A stretch of DNA of 64,000 nucleotides from a virus: the IMG/VR virus record IMGVR_UViG_3300035701_000010, positions 33,657-97,656 of that record; one strand, 5' to 3'. Below the pieces are notes generated by a model. It had not been told where the DNA came from and ran no database searches. It saw only the letters and a program-made list of their open reading frames with translations. Positions within the stretch are counted from its first letter, which is position 1. Every line of letters starts with the position of its first letter. Positions 54,112 to 64,000 of the stretch are shown here, one piece after another. A program made the translations under genes and the position numbers.

Positions 54112-54942
54112 ATGCAATACTCGATTATGGCGAGACTTGATCCTCGCAGCCGCTTGGAGTATGTCTGCGAAAGTGAAAGAGAATCTGAAGGCAAGACGAT
54201 TTTCTATCTTAAGCCTTTGTCGATTGCTGAGTATTTGAAATGTGAGTCGGTTGGAAGAGTACAGGCGGTTAAGGTTGGAACTTTCACTTTAAGAGCTCTT
54301 CAGTACGGATTGATCGGATGGGATAACTTCGCTGACGAAGAAGGCGGGGTTATCCCATTTGATTTGAAAAACATAAGCTATCTCCACCCTAACATTCAAA
54401 TTGAATTGGCTGAGGAGATTGTAAGAATAGCTGAACTTGAAGGAGAAATTGTAGAAGAATTGAAGTTAGTGGCTCGGTGGGGTGAATGGTTGGATAAAAA
54501 TGAAAACAGAAAACATCAATGGGAATGTGAATTTTGTTTAGAAAAGAAACTCTTTAAAAATAGAAATTGTGATGGAACCCTTCCAAACAAATGCAGCAAA
54601 TGTTCAAAAGAAACACTTGAAGATGAGTGTCCGATATGTGGCGTTAAAACCATTCCACAATTTAAATTTCGGTTCAGTTCTACGATTACAGATTGGGTGG
54701 CTCGATGTCCGGTTGCCATGTTAACGCCAAGAGCAATTCAGCTAACGAATATTGTTAATTTTACCGATAATGCCAAAGCCCTTCCGTTTCATTGTGGAGC
54801 ATTCGAACAAACCTATTTCTTTTATTTGATTCGTATGGTGGTATTGTCCGAACAGAATGCAATTCTTAAGAAAGAATTAGATCAGAAACCTGACTTTAAC
54901 CACATACAAAAAGAGAGCAAACGACATGGCCAAAGTAAATAA
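54112..54942 (+). CDS. Tail assembly chaperone paralog with Cys-rich C-terminal extension (GT-like)
   Basis: EYVCE...TIF..K.L...LRALQYGLIGWDNF.DE.G paralogous to the upstream gene. Confidence 0.7.
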   Translation: MQYSIMARLDPRSRLEYVCESERESEGKTIFYLKPLSIAEYLKCESVGRVQAVKVGTFTLRALQYGLIGWDNFADEEGGVIPFDLKNISYLHPNIQIELAEEIVRIAELEGEIVEELKLVARWGEWLDKNENRKHQWECEFCLEKKLFKNRNCDGTLPNKCSKCSKETLEDECPICGVKTIPQFKFRFSSTITDWVARCPVAMLTPRAIQLTNIVNFTDNAKALPFHCGAFEQTYFFYLIRMVVLSEQNAILKKELDQKPDFNHIQKESKRHGQSK

Positions 54943-57900
54943 AGAAATCAATTTTGTCATTAATGTGGCGTATGCGGCGCAAAAGCAAATGAAAAGCTTT
55001 ACGGATGACATTGACCGCATTAGTTTAGCTGTTCAACAAATTGACAAAATTGGTGGTAGAACAGGAGCGGATAATATCGCATTGGCTCAAGATGCTCTAA
55101 GTGGGTTTGTTAAAGAACTGAGCGAGTTAACAACGAAAAACTTTTATCAGGGTTTTGAAAATCTGGCTACTTCTCTTAGAGATATTAGACTAGCAACGCA
55201 ATCGGCTTCCGGTTCGATGCAAGAATTGCATGGCATGTTTTCAATTATGGGTAAAATTGGTGATCTATTTGAGGGAAAGATTGGGAGTATTTTTCGGGCG
55301 ACGGTTGCATTGAGAGAGTTTGCAAAGCAAGTAAGGCTAATAGGTCGTATTGAAGATGATAAATTAGAAGCCATCACATTACTTTTTGATCGAATTGCGC
55401 TTGCTTTAGGTAAATTGGGTTCTGGTAGTGTTCTTCCGCAAATTATGACAACCATTGGCAGTCAAGCGACTCAATTGAGTTCAGTCGCTGATGCTATTGA
55501 AAGGATCGCCAAGGCATTAACTCTTGAGGGAGTAAGACAAACGGCAGAGTCTATATCTAGAATTGGTCCTAATTTTCCTAAAGGGGTTCTTAGTGGAGCG
55601 CCGGTTGCTGGTGGGGGTGCTGGAACACCTGTCGTTGGGATAGGTCCTGCAGCGCAGGCCCCTGTCACAACTGGCGGAGGAATGGGAGAAACTGGAACAT
55701 TTGCGTATGATAAATATGCCGACTGGGGGGCAGCTTCTCCAGCAGGAAGTAAGGTTCTAGATAGTATCTTCAGTGGGCTACAGAAAGAGTTTGGAGGTCC
55801 AGGAGGCGCTAGTACCTTTGATGAAGATATTATTGATACGGTCATAAGTTCTATGAGAGGCCTTAATGCCAGGATAACAGATAAAAGAAAGGAAATCCTT
55901 GAACAAGGGTTGGTTGATAATACGGCAGTTATGGAAAGATTGAATTCGACTAAATTTAAAGGAGGAGTGGGAGCAACCGAAGCGACGACTATTGCCAAAT
56001 TAACAAGTGGAGCAGAATGGTCTGAAGATCTTGATCTTCCAAAAGAAATGAAAGCATTGTCTTTTGCTCGTGGGACTGCAATTCATTCTGGAATGGAGCA
56101 TGTGATTAAAAACGTAATTACGGCTAAAAATTCTATGGGCGAATTTTTACAGAAAAATTTATATATGAGTCCTGAATTTGCGAAGGGAGTAGAACAGGAA
56201 GCTATTTTTGCAGCTAATTCATTCAAAGTTCTAGTTGGGGAAGCTATTAAGAGATCAGAAACCGAAGGAACACCTATAACGATGACTAAGGAGTTGAGCG
56301 AACAAGTTAAGATTCAAGCCAACACGATTCAGAAAGCTCTTATGAACATGTTTTCCCCTAAGATGATGGAAAAAATGAAAAATGATATATCTGTATTAGC
56401 TGAAAGTAGGGGGAAGACATTGACAGAAGCCTTGCAAGCTATGACCATAGATGTAGAAAAGACGCTACAGCCACTTGTTCTTTTGGATCCTGGTATGGCA
56501 ATCCCTAAGGGAGCATCTCCAGAACAGAAAAAGTTGGTTGAAGATATGGTTGCTTTGTTAAAAGTCAAATATAAAGATGCAAACAGCAAACTTCAAAAAC
56601 TTTTTGATGAATGGAATCAAATGGGGCTTATTGTTTTTTCACAAGCTGATCTTGTGGCTCATTTTGGTGAAGACATTGGCAAAATAATTTGGGATCTTAA
56701 AACAGGAACCAAAAAAACTAAAGAAAGCGCTCAATATCAAAAAGTGCAGGGATCGATTTACCAATTGTCTGAAGCTCAGGGAACTAAGGGCGGCGTGGGT
56801 AACGTTCAATTTGAAACTATGAACCCCTTAGCTAGAGATGAAACGAATTTAATGCGAAAAGAAGGTCTTAGTGAAGAAGTTGTAAAAATGACAGAAGTCC
56901 AAGAATTAAATCAAAAGCTAATAGAAGTAGATAGACAACGGTTGACAGCAATTGACATGATGAATGTTGCACAAGAAAAATACATCAGAAAGGAAGAAGA
57001 AAATCTTAAATTAACTCAGGATCTTAAAAATACATCAAAATTTTTAGCCGAAACAGTTTATCAAAGAGATCTTCCGCAGTTGAGTGAGCCTCCTTCACCT
57101 CCAGCAAAAGGAGGAGGTGGGGGTGGGGCAGGAGGCGGAGGAGAAGGAAAAGGCAGTTTTGGTTTTTTTGGTCCTGTTGGGAATCTTGTTGAAAGAAGTG
57201 TAAAAGGATTAAATTTGGGCGGCGCACAAGGAGAGTTGGATGCGCTAACCATTGCGGTGAGTAAATATGACCAAGCCGTGACCGCTGCTTACTTGAAACA
57301 GAAAATGTTTAGCGAATCACTTGATCTTTCTATAGTTAGGTTTACAGAATATGGAAAGATCATGTCTTCTGCAGCTGACGTTTTTTCTAAATTTGTAAGT
57401 TATCAAAAAGTTGGAACCACTCAAGAAGAATTAGCAACTAATGAACTAACGAGAGGGTTCACGCTCCGTGCGGCAGCTTATGAAAAATTGATCAACGTGA
57501 TGAGGCAGTATGATACTAAAATGGAACAGAGTCGCAGCCATGAAATTGATTTGGCTGATTTAAGGCAGACGATTACAAGGCAATTAGAAAAGATTCGACC
57601 TGAAACAGCGGAGGCTTTAAAGCCGGTTCCGAAGGAACAGTTTGAAAAGCGTATCTTTTCTAAAGAATTTCAGACAGCAAAAAGTACGGGGACTATAGAT
57701 GCGGGAAGTACAGAAACAGAAACAAGTATGATTAAGAATGCTGAAGCGTATCAAGCTCAAAGAAAGGCAATTAAAGATCTTACAAGAGCTCATGCGGATT
57801 TTTCTACGGAATTAGTGAACGCAATTAATAAGCAGGGAACAGTAAGAGAAGATCTTAAAAGAACGATTGATGTTATTGCTTCTGGTGATGCAGGGTTGGC

Positions 57901-60900
57901 GGCATCTCGGGTTGGGATTACAACCACGGCGCAGGCGATTGAATGGCTTACGGAGGCATTGTCTAGAAATCAATTAAGACAGATGGATTCTATTGGTACT
58001 ATGGATAGAGTTAAGGGTGTTACAGAAAGAATGAATGCAACGATAACCGCTCTAGGAGTTAATGTTAAGGACCGTCAGTTACAATGGGGAAAGTTGTCAG
58101 AAAGTTTACAAGTTTATAACAATGTTCTTAAGACTGGGCAAACAGAACTGAACATGTATGGGGCCGGGATGACCGCCCATCTAAATAAACTTGTGGAAGT
58201 GACCCTTGCAATTAAAAAGAATGAAGAAGCTTTGGCGCTTAATGAAAAAGCGATGGCGGCTAACAATACGGCCACGACAAAAGATGTGAAATTAGAAACA
58301 GATCTTATAGCAGTAAATAAAGCGCTCAATGTGGAACTGACAAAGCAAGCTGCTCAAGTTGCTGAACTTGTGGCTGGGAGAGAAAAGATTAGCAAGGCTT
58401 CTAATGAAATGGCCAAGACAGTGAGTAGCGTTCGTGAAGGGCTAGGAGAACTTTCAAAAACAGAAAAGATGAAAATTGGGGATACGGCTGAAGCCTATCG
58501 TGGTTTTTTTAGAACAACGCTTCAAGGCTTCGCCAATATGATTCGTTCGCAAATTGCGTGGATTGCCGGTTACGCTTTGATGTTTGGAACAATGAGGGCG
58601 TTTAAAGAATCTCTTATGTCTGTGGTTACGATTCAACACGAATTTGCTCGAGCAATGAGAACGGCTCGGGATGATGCCCTGTCTACTTCTCAAATTTTGA
58701 CTATGTTTAAGACGGAAGGTGTTAGCGCAATGATTCAGTTTGGAGAATCCTCTAAGAAGGTTGGTGAAACTCTCTATCAACTGGGAAGTGCAGGGTTATC
58801 AGCTACTGAATCCGTAGCGGCTTTGAATACAACGATGAGAATGCTTGTGGCAACGGAGGAAGATGCTCAAGAAGGAGTGAAATTGGTGGCTTCGGTTTAC
58901 AATAACTTTAAGGATACGCTTAAAGGGTCAACCACTCAGGCTGAAAAATTTCAATGGATTAACGACATTATGGTGAATACGTTTGACCGTCACCAAGTAG
59001 AAATGAATGAATTGAGAGAAGGATATAAATATCTTTTAGCGATGGGAAAATTGACCAACCTTACTTTTACAGATATGTCTGGAATTTTGGCGGTATTGAA
59101 TGACAATTTGATTAAAGCGGGAGTGGCTGGTCGTTCGATGCAAAGTGTATTGTCCGAAATTGCACAGCAACCCTTAAAATTTGCGGAAATGTTTAATATT
59201 CCAATAAACCCTGAAGCGCCGTTAGATGTTCTTAAAATTCTTGAAGGTGTTAACGCACAGATGAATAATCAAAAACTTTCTGTTGACGAATTGTCTAGAG
59301 TATGGGAAACAATGGGGTTAAGAGGAGCAAGAACTTTTGTGATTTTGGCTCAGAACGTTGATAGATTAAAAGAGGTAATCGAACGGCTGGGCAAAACTTC
59401 GGTTGGAGCAAACGAAAGAATGTCAGACATTATGCTACAGAAGCCAGATGTGGCATTTAGGCGGTTAGGAGAGGCAGTAACCGCTCTTGTCAGAACGGGA
59501 TTTGAACCGCTAGTGACTGTTGGATATGGAGTGGCTTCAGTTCTTGGAGATATAGGAATGAAGGTTGCTGGAACACAAAGCGGTATTGTTTCGCTTAGCG
59601 GTTCAGTGTTGGGATGGGCCACAACCTTTATGGTATTAAAATCGGCAGTTGTTGGATTTGGATTGGTTAGAGCTCATTATTTCACTAAACTTTCTTCAGA
59701 TAAAGAATTAATAGATCAGATCAAATTCTCTGTGTGGAACTTTGCAAAGGCGTGGGTCTGGGCTGCTGCGGTGATTGGAGTTTCTATCAAAGATATAGTA
59801 GTTCAAGTTGGATTATTAATTAAAGCAATGAATTTTTCTGTAATTTTGCCTATGCTGAAGCAATTGAATTTTACTTCCGCAACTGCTTCTCTTACTCTTT
59901 TCATAACTTCTTTGAAAGCATTAAATTTTGCTGCGCTTACAGCTTCGTTAAAAAATGTGGTGACACAGATTAGTGCCATTGGAGTGGCGCTACTTGGAAG
60001 TGCTACCCTTTGGTGGTTATTGATTGCTGCAACGGCGGTATGGGGTGCCTATAAGATTTGGGATTCAATTCGTATGACCAATGAGAAATATATTAACTTG
60101 ACAGGAGCAATGGTTGAAAATAATAGAGCTGCTCTTGAAGAAATAGAATCACTAAAGGAGAGAATAGATAAATATGCCGAGATTGGTGAGTCGATGAAGG
60201 GTTTGCGCGAAAGTATGAATGTTCGCCTTAAATTTAAATTGAGTGCGGAAGTTAATAAGCTAGAAGAGGATTTTAAGAAAATACATGAGCCAGCGGCTAA
60301 ATTTACAGATGCGATAAAAGAGATGGCTGACAGTTATATCGATAACGTTGAGAATATGGCAGAAAGAACTGAAAAGGCAACGACTTCTATTTATGAGAAT
60401 ATGGCACAAGCGACCAAGTGGCTCGGTGGGGTTAATGTAAACGCTTTTGATTCAGAAAAGGACAAGAAGGCGATTGGACAATTTGGGCAGGATGTCTTTA
60501 AACAAGAGGATATTATAAGGAAACAGATTAAGCAATTGGAAGGTTTAAAGAAAGCAGGAGAAGGAGTTTTTAGTTCTGAAACGGTTGAAAAAATTGATAA
60601 GAAAATTTTACAATATACTGAAGATGTAGATAAGCTAACTGGAGCGACGCAAAGAGGACTTAATGCTATTGGTCAAGCCGTTTTTGAAGTTAAAAGAGCT
60701 TTTGATCCTAAAGAAACGTGGCATCAGGGAGCATTTTTAGAAGAAGTAACTAAGAAGAAAATAATTTCGGAACAAAGTGAATATATCCATTTATTGCACG
60801 AACAGGAGGAGTTAGATAAGAGAATTGTCAAAATGGCAAAACTGCGGGGTGAAGTTTCTGTTAATGAATTTAAAGACAAGGTGGCAACCCTTATACAAAG

Positions 60901-63900
60901 CAAGGATTTAAAGAAAATTGATCAAGAAGTTTTAACGGTCGTAGAACGGTGGCTGGAAATAGAGATTAGAAAAGGACATGCCATTAGAGAACAGCGAAGA
61001 GCAGCGGATGAACTTTCTCGTTCATATAGAAATCTCATGGACAGCATAGTTAGAGCAACTGAAGATCTAGTAATAAGCATGGCTGACTTAGGACCTCTTC
61101 AGAATATTCTAAAAGTTGATGAAAAAAATCAGAGAAAATTTGAAGAAATCAAAAAATCTGTTCAAGAGTTCATAGACAACGCAGACGTTGCACCTAAAGA
61201 TATCGTTGCGTTGTGGATGACAGACCAGGGAATTAGCACGGCGAATGAGGCTAGGAAAGCATTGGATGCGTATGCTGCTTCTTTCGAGCGAGTATCTAAG
61301 GTGCAAGCAGAATCGGCACGACGAAAAGCGTATTACGAGCAAATGGTACAAGTTCGAGAAGCTTTTGATAGTGTTAGTGATAGTATTAAAGATTTTATAG
61401 AACAAGCAAAAAAGGCATCTGGAGTGGATGAAGATTTAACAAGTACAATTAATGGGATTACTAAACAAACCAGAGATTACAAACAGGCTATCGCAGATTT
61501 GAATGAAAAGCTTGGCTATGCGGAAACGAATGACATAGAAAGCATCAATATCCATAAAGATAAAATTGCTGTGCAAAAAAATGCCATTGAACTCACTAAA
61601 CAGAATATTGCCGCAACACTCCAATCGATGCCTATTCAATTTCAAAGTGATGAATTAACCAAAAAAATGGCAGATGACTATACTGCTTTAAATAAAACTC
61701 TTAAATTTCATCAAGAAGAGTTAGAAAAAGTAACTAAGAATGAAGAAAAAGATTCGGTAGCTAGAGCAACAAATATTGCAGGAATAAAGGATCAAATTAG
61801 TTTTCAGGCGATGCTTTTGAAATCTTATATTGCTTGGGGTGAAGTTCAGAAACGAGTTGCCATGAACAAATACGCCTATACCATGATGAAGGCCAATAGA
61901 GATATAGAAGAAAGTAGGTCTGACAAGTTAGAAGAACTTGATTATCAAATGAATGAATACCACACTGTTGCACAAGAATCATATCATCAAACGTATGCGT
62001 TAAGCAAGCAAACGAGGGTTTATAGAGATGAAATAGAAGCGGTGACAGAGCAAATTAAGAATCAAGAATTGGTTTTACAAACGGCTAGAAGTCTTGGAGA
62101 TGACCATAACGAAACAATTGAAAAAAGCATTTCATTGTCTAAAAAGAAACAAAAAGCCTTGCAGGATGAATACGATTTATGGGTGCGTGTTCTTCCCGAA
62201 TTAAAAAGGCGTATTGACTTGGATACTAAAATTGCTAGTCTTCAACGAAGAGCTGAAATTTTAACGGAAGCTGGTGAAAAGAAACGAATAGGAGGAGGAA
62301 AAGATTACGAAGAACAAAGAGAGGCGACGCGATATTATAAAGAAGCATTGGATGAACGTCAAAAATTAGACTTAGCGGCTTTTGATAAAAAAATACAATT
62401 GGCGGAAGCCGAAGGATTTTCAACGAAAGAGTTGACTAAACAGAGAGAAGAGTTGCAAAAGGCTCATCTTGTAGCCCTGAAGCAATTCACGTTAACGAGT
62501 CATCAAGAAGAATTGCAAGCAATCAGAAATTCTTCTGCCTTGGAAGCTGAAATGATTGTAAGGACCGCTCAGACTGCTACCGAAACAATTACGGGGCTGA
62601 TGAAATCCGTGGTGGTGGGGCTGCAAGATTCGTATATTCAATACGAAGACATTTCCAAAAATATGGCTAGAATTGGGACTGACACATTTGAAACAGTTAC
62701 GGGCGCAATGACTTCGATGGTGGAAGCGTGGATTACAAATACTGAGAAAGGTTCTGAGAAATACAAAGCCATTATGCGGGATATGTTGAATACGATAGGG
62801 CGTGCCTTGGTTGATTACGCCTTTAAATTGATCATGATTCAAATTCTTCAAAAGGCGATAGGAATGGCCGTAAGTGCTGCAGGAGGTGCTGCAGGAGGTG
62901 CTAGTGCTGGAGCATCCGCTGGAACCATTATTGGAGGATCAGAAGGGACTTATCAGATGAGTACAATTGTCCCAGCGTTTAAGAAAGAGGGTGGCTTTCT
63001 TAAAGGTGGAATCAAAGGTAAAGACTCTATCCCAATCTTAGCTCAGGAGGGAGAGTTTATTATCCCAAAGCGAACAGTAGACAAATATGGGGTTGCCTTT
63101 TTTGAAAAGTTAAGAAGTCGGAAATATGCGGAGGGTGGAGTAGTTGATAAGAAAGATAAGGTAGCGTATAAGCGTGAAGTAAAGGATCAGGATAGAGAAC
63201 GTTTTAGAAAAGAGATTAGAAAAGAAGGCTTCATTATTCCAAAAATACTCAAAGAAAGATATGAGAAAAAGCTTATCAAGACAATAGAGAGGCAACAGAG
63301 GTTTGAGCGTGGCGGGCTTCTTAAGGAGAAGATCACGAATGAAATGGAGTTCCAAAAAGGCGGAGTGGTTAGAAGTCAGATTATTAACAACAACAGAGAA
63401 TTTCAGAAAGGCGGAGTAGTCAGAAGTCAGATAACGAATAACAACAGAGAGTTTCAAAAAGGCGGAGTAGTCAGAGAAAGAGTTGAGTCGAATAGGCAAG
63501 AGTTTAGACGTGGTGGTTCGGTTAAGAATAGTGAAATGAGAATGGAAAGAATTGAACTTGATCAATTAGAATTTCAAAAAGGTGGAATGGTTAGCAATCA
63601 GATTACGAACAACAACAGAGAGTTTCAGAAAGGTGGGATGATTAGAGAAATAAGTGATACCAGGAGGTATGAATTCACTAAAGGCGGATTAGTTAAAGAT
63701 AGAGAAAAAATTAGTGAAAAGGAAAGAGATAAAGATAAGGTCTTTGTTGAAGAAAAAGTTCATAAAAAAGAAGTGGCTATTCCAAAATTGGTGGCAAGAA
63801 GATTAGGTCCGGAATTGACTAGCATGTTGCGGAGGCAAAAGCATGAGCAAGGCGGACTGGTTACGATTGTTAAAGAATTTCAGAAAGGCGGAGTAGTCAG

Positions 63901-64000
63901 AGAAAGAGTTGAGTCGAATAACAGAGAATTTCAGAAAGGCGGAGTAGTCAGAGAAAGAGTTGAGTCGAATAACAGAGAATTTCAGAAAGGCGGAGTAGTC
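54926..64000 (+). CDS. Tape measure protein (at least 3,025 aa, runs off the right window edge)
   Basis: Frame from ATG 54926 is the coding frame at the window end and is absent from the ORF track, consistent with no internal stop. TP901-type core at about 58600-59490 (LYQLGSAG, IKAGVAGRSM); C-terminal GG...DSIPILAQEGEFIIP. Confidence 0.92.
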   Translation, partial: MAKVNKEINFVINVAYAAQKQMKSFTDDIDRISLAVQQIDKIGGRTGADNIALAQDALSGFVKELSELTTKNFYQGFENLATSLRDIRLATQSASGSMQELHGMFSIMGKIGDLFEGKIGSIFRATVALREFAKQVRLIGRIEDDKLEAITLLFDRIALALGKLGSGSVLPQIMTTIGSQATQLSSVADAIERIAKALTLEGVRQTAESISRIGPNFPKGVLSGAPVAGGGAGTPVVGIGPAAQAPVTTGGGMGETGTFAYDKYADWGAASPAGSKVLDSIFSGLQKEFGGPGGASTFDEDIIDTVISSMRGLNARITDKRKEILEQGLVDNTAVMERLNSTKFKGGVGATEATTIAKLTSGAEWSEDLDLPKEMKALSFARGTAIHSGMEHVIKNVITAKNSMGEFLQKNLYMSPEFAKGVEQEAIFAANSFKVLVGEAIKRSETEGTPITMTKELSEQVKIQANTIQKALMNMFSPKMMEKMKNDISVLAESRGKTLTEALQAMTIDVEKTLQPLVLLDPGMAIPKGASPEQKKLVEDMVALLKVKYKDANSKLQKLFDEWNQMGLIVFSQADLVAHFGEDIGKIIWDLKTGTKKTKESAQYQKVQGSIYQLSEAQGTKGGVGNVQFETMNPLARDETNLMRKEGLSEEVVKMTEVQELNQKLIEVDRQRLTAIDMMNVAQEKYIRKEEENLKLTQDLKNTSKFLAETVYQRDLPQLSEPPSPPAKGGGGGGAGGGGEGKGSFGFFGPVGNLVERSVKGLNLGGAQGELDALTIAVSKYDQAVTAAYLKQKMFSESLDLSIVRFTEYGKIMSSAADVFSKFVSYQKVGTTQEELATNELTRGFTLRAAAYEKLINVMRQYDTKMEQSRSHEIDLADLRQTITRQLEKIRPETAEALKPVPKEQFEKRIFSKEFQTAKSTGTIDAGSTETETSMIKNAEAYQAQRKAIKDLTRAHADFSTELVNAINKQGTVREDLKRTIDVIASGDAGLAASRVGITTTAQAIEWLTEALSRNQLRQMDSIGTMDRVKGVTERMNATITALGVNVKDRQLQWGKLSESLQVYNNVLKTGQTELNMYGAGMTAHLNKLVEVTLAIKKNEEALALNEKAMAANNTATTKDVKLETDLIAVNKALNVELTKQAAQVAELVAGREKISKASNEMAKTVSSVREGLGELSKTEKMKIGDTAEAYRGFFRTTLQGFANMIRSQIAWIAGYALMFGTMRAFKESLMSVVTIQHEFARAMRTARDDALSTSQILTMFKTEGVSAMIQFGESSKKVGETLYQLGSAGLSATESVAALNTTMRMLVATEEDAQEGVKLVASVYNNFKDTLKGSTTQAEKFQWINDIMVNTFDRHQVEMNELREGYKYLLAMGKLTNLTFTDMSGILAVLNDNLIKAGVAGRSMQSVLSEIAQQPLKFAEMFNIPINPEAPLDVLKILEGVNAQMNNQKLSVDELSRVWETMGLRGARTFVILAQNVDRLKEVIERLGKTSVGANERMSDIMLQKPDVAFRRLGEAVTALVRTGFEPLVTVGYGVASVLGDIGMKVAGTQSGIVSLSGSVLGWATTFMVLKSAVVGFGLVRAHYFTKLSSDKELIDQIKFSVWNFAKAWVWAAAVIGVSIKDIVVQVGLLIKAMNFSVILPMLKQLNFTSATASLTLFITSLKALNFAALTASLKNVVTQISAIGVALLGSATLWWLLIAATAVWGAYKIWDSIRMTNEKYINLTGAMVENNRAALEEIESLKERIDKYAEIGESMKGLRESMNVRLKFKLSAEVNKLEEDFKKIHEPAAKFTDAIKEMADSYIDNVENMAERTEKATTSIYENMAQATKWLGGVNVNAFDSEKDKKAIGQFGQDVFKQEDIIRKQIKQLEGLKKAGEGVFSSETVEKIDKKILQYTEDVDKLTGATQRGLNAIGQAVFEVKRAFDPKETWHQGAFLEEVTKKKIISEQSEYIHLLHEQEELDKRIVKMAKLRGEVSVNEFKDKVATLIQSKDLKKIDQEVLTVVERWLEIEIRKGHAIREQRRAADELSRSYRNLMDSIVRATEDLVISMADLGPLQNILKVDEKNQRKFEEIKKSVQEFIDNADVAPKDIVALWMTDQGISTANEARKALDAYAASFERVSKVQAESARRKAYYEQMVQVREAFDSVSDSIKDFIEQAKKASGVDEDLTSTINGITKQTRDYKQAIADLNEKLGYAETNDIESINIHKDKIAVQKNAIELTKQNIAATLQSMPIQFQSDELTKKMADDYTALNKTLKFHQEELEKVTKNEEKDSVARATNIAGIKDQISFQAMLLKSYIAWGEVQKRVAMNKYAYTMMKANRDIEESRSDKLEELDYQMNEYHTVAQESYHQTYALSKQTRVYRDEIEAVTEQIKNQELVLQTARSLGDDHNETIEKSISLSKKKQKALQDEYDLWVRVLPELKRRIDLDTKIASLQRRAEILTEAGEKKRIGGGKDYEEQREATRYYKEALDERQKLDLAAFDKKIQLAEAEGFSTKELTKQREELQKAHLVALKQFTLTSHQEELQAIRNSSALEAEMIVRTAQTATETITGLMKSVVVGLQDSYIQYEDISKNMARIGTDTFETVTGAMTSMVEAWITNTEKGSEKYKAIMRDMLNTIGRALVDYAFKLIMIQILQKAIGMAVSAAGGAAGGASAGASAGTIIGGSEGTYQMSTIVPAFKKEGGFLKGGIKGKDSIPILAQEGEFIIPKRTVDKYGVAFFEKLRSRKYAEGGVVDKKDKVAYKREVKDQDRERFRKEIRKEGFIIPKILKERYEKKLIKTIERQQRFERGGLLKEKITNEMEFQKGGVVRSQIINNNREFQKGGVVRSQITNNNREFQKGGVVRERVESNRQEFRRGGSVKNSEMRMERIELDQLEFQKGGMVSNQITNNNREFQKGGMIREISDTRRYEFTKGGLVKDREKISEKERDKDKVFVEEKVHKKEVAIPKLVARRLGPELTSMLRRQKHEQGGLVTIVKEFQKGGVVRERVESNNREFQKGGVVRERVESNNREFQKGGVV
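63340..64000 (+). repeat. Coding tandem repeats (about 48-51 bp) encoding (N)NNREFQKGGVVR
   Basis: Multiple FQKGG(V/M)V units; identical 51-bp copies in the last 125 bp. Confidence 0.9.

Noticed and set aside
55147-63565. Minus-strand ORFs across 55-63.5 kb
   Set aside because: Shadows of the tape-measure ORF on the plus strand.
1-64000. Alternative genetic code, tRNA genes, introns or inteins
   Set aside because: Core genes are intact in code 11 and use all three stops. I saw no tRNA cloverleaf/T-loop or intein motifs by eye; tRNAscan was not run.

Overview
This window is part of a large, probably lytic, tailed dsDNA phage with siphovirus-like morphogenesis genes. A sigma54-type promoter with an IHF-like site suggests a Gram-negative host (inference). 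Bases 1-39 kb are almost all minus-strand: an SF2 helicase, a sigma factor, NAD-dependent DNA ligase, a SLOG protein, an SLT lysin, a minimal PolX, a 5'-3' exonuclease, a putative Acb2/Tad1-like anti-defence protein and about 90 small hypothetical ORFs. Bases 39.3-64 kb are the plus-strand late operon: TerS, TerL, portal, protease/scaffold, two decoration paralogs, MCP, neck, tail tube, duplicated tail chaperones and a tape-measure ORF of at least 3,025 codons that runs off the window. The strongest signal is a 918-bp island (34088-35005) with no GA or TC dinucleotide, so GA is absent from both strands. It encodes an Asp/Glu-free PnuC-like membrane protein and a 24-aa peptide, and even their Shine-Dalgarno sequences are G-runs. 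It sits at the head of a hairpin- and motif-rich early region that ends in a non-coding control region with a sigma54 promoter. Other highlights are a PD-(D/E)XK nuclease domain inside the tape measure protein, a candidate anti-SD sRNA, and a recurring R-T-P short motif in packaging proteins. All calls come from reading the sequence by eye; no database searches were run.
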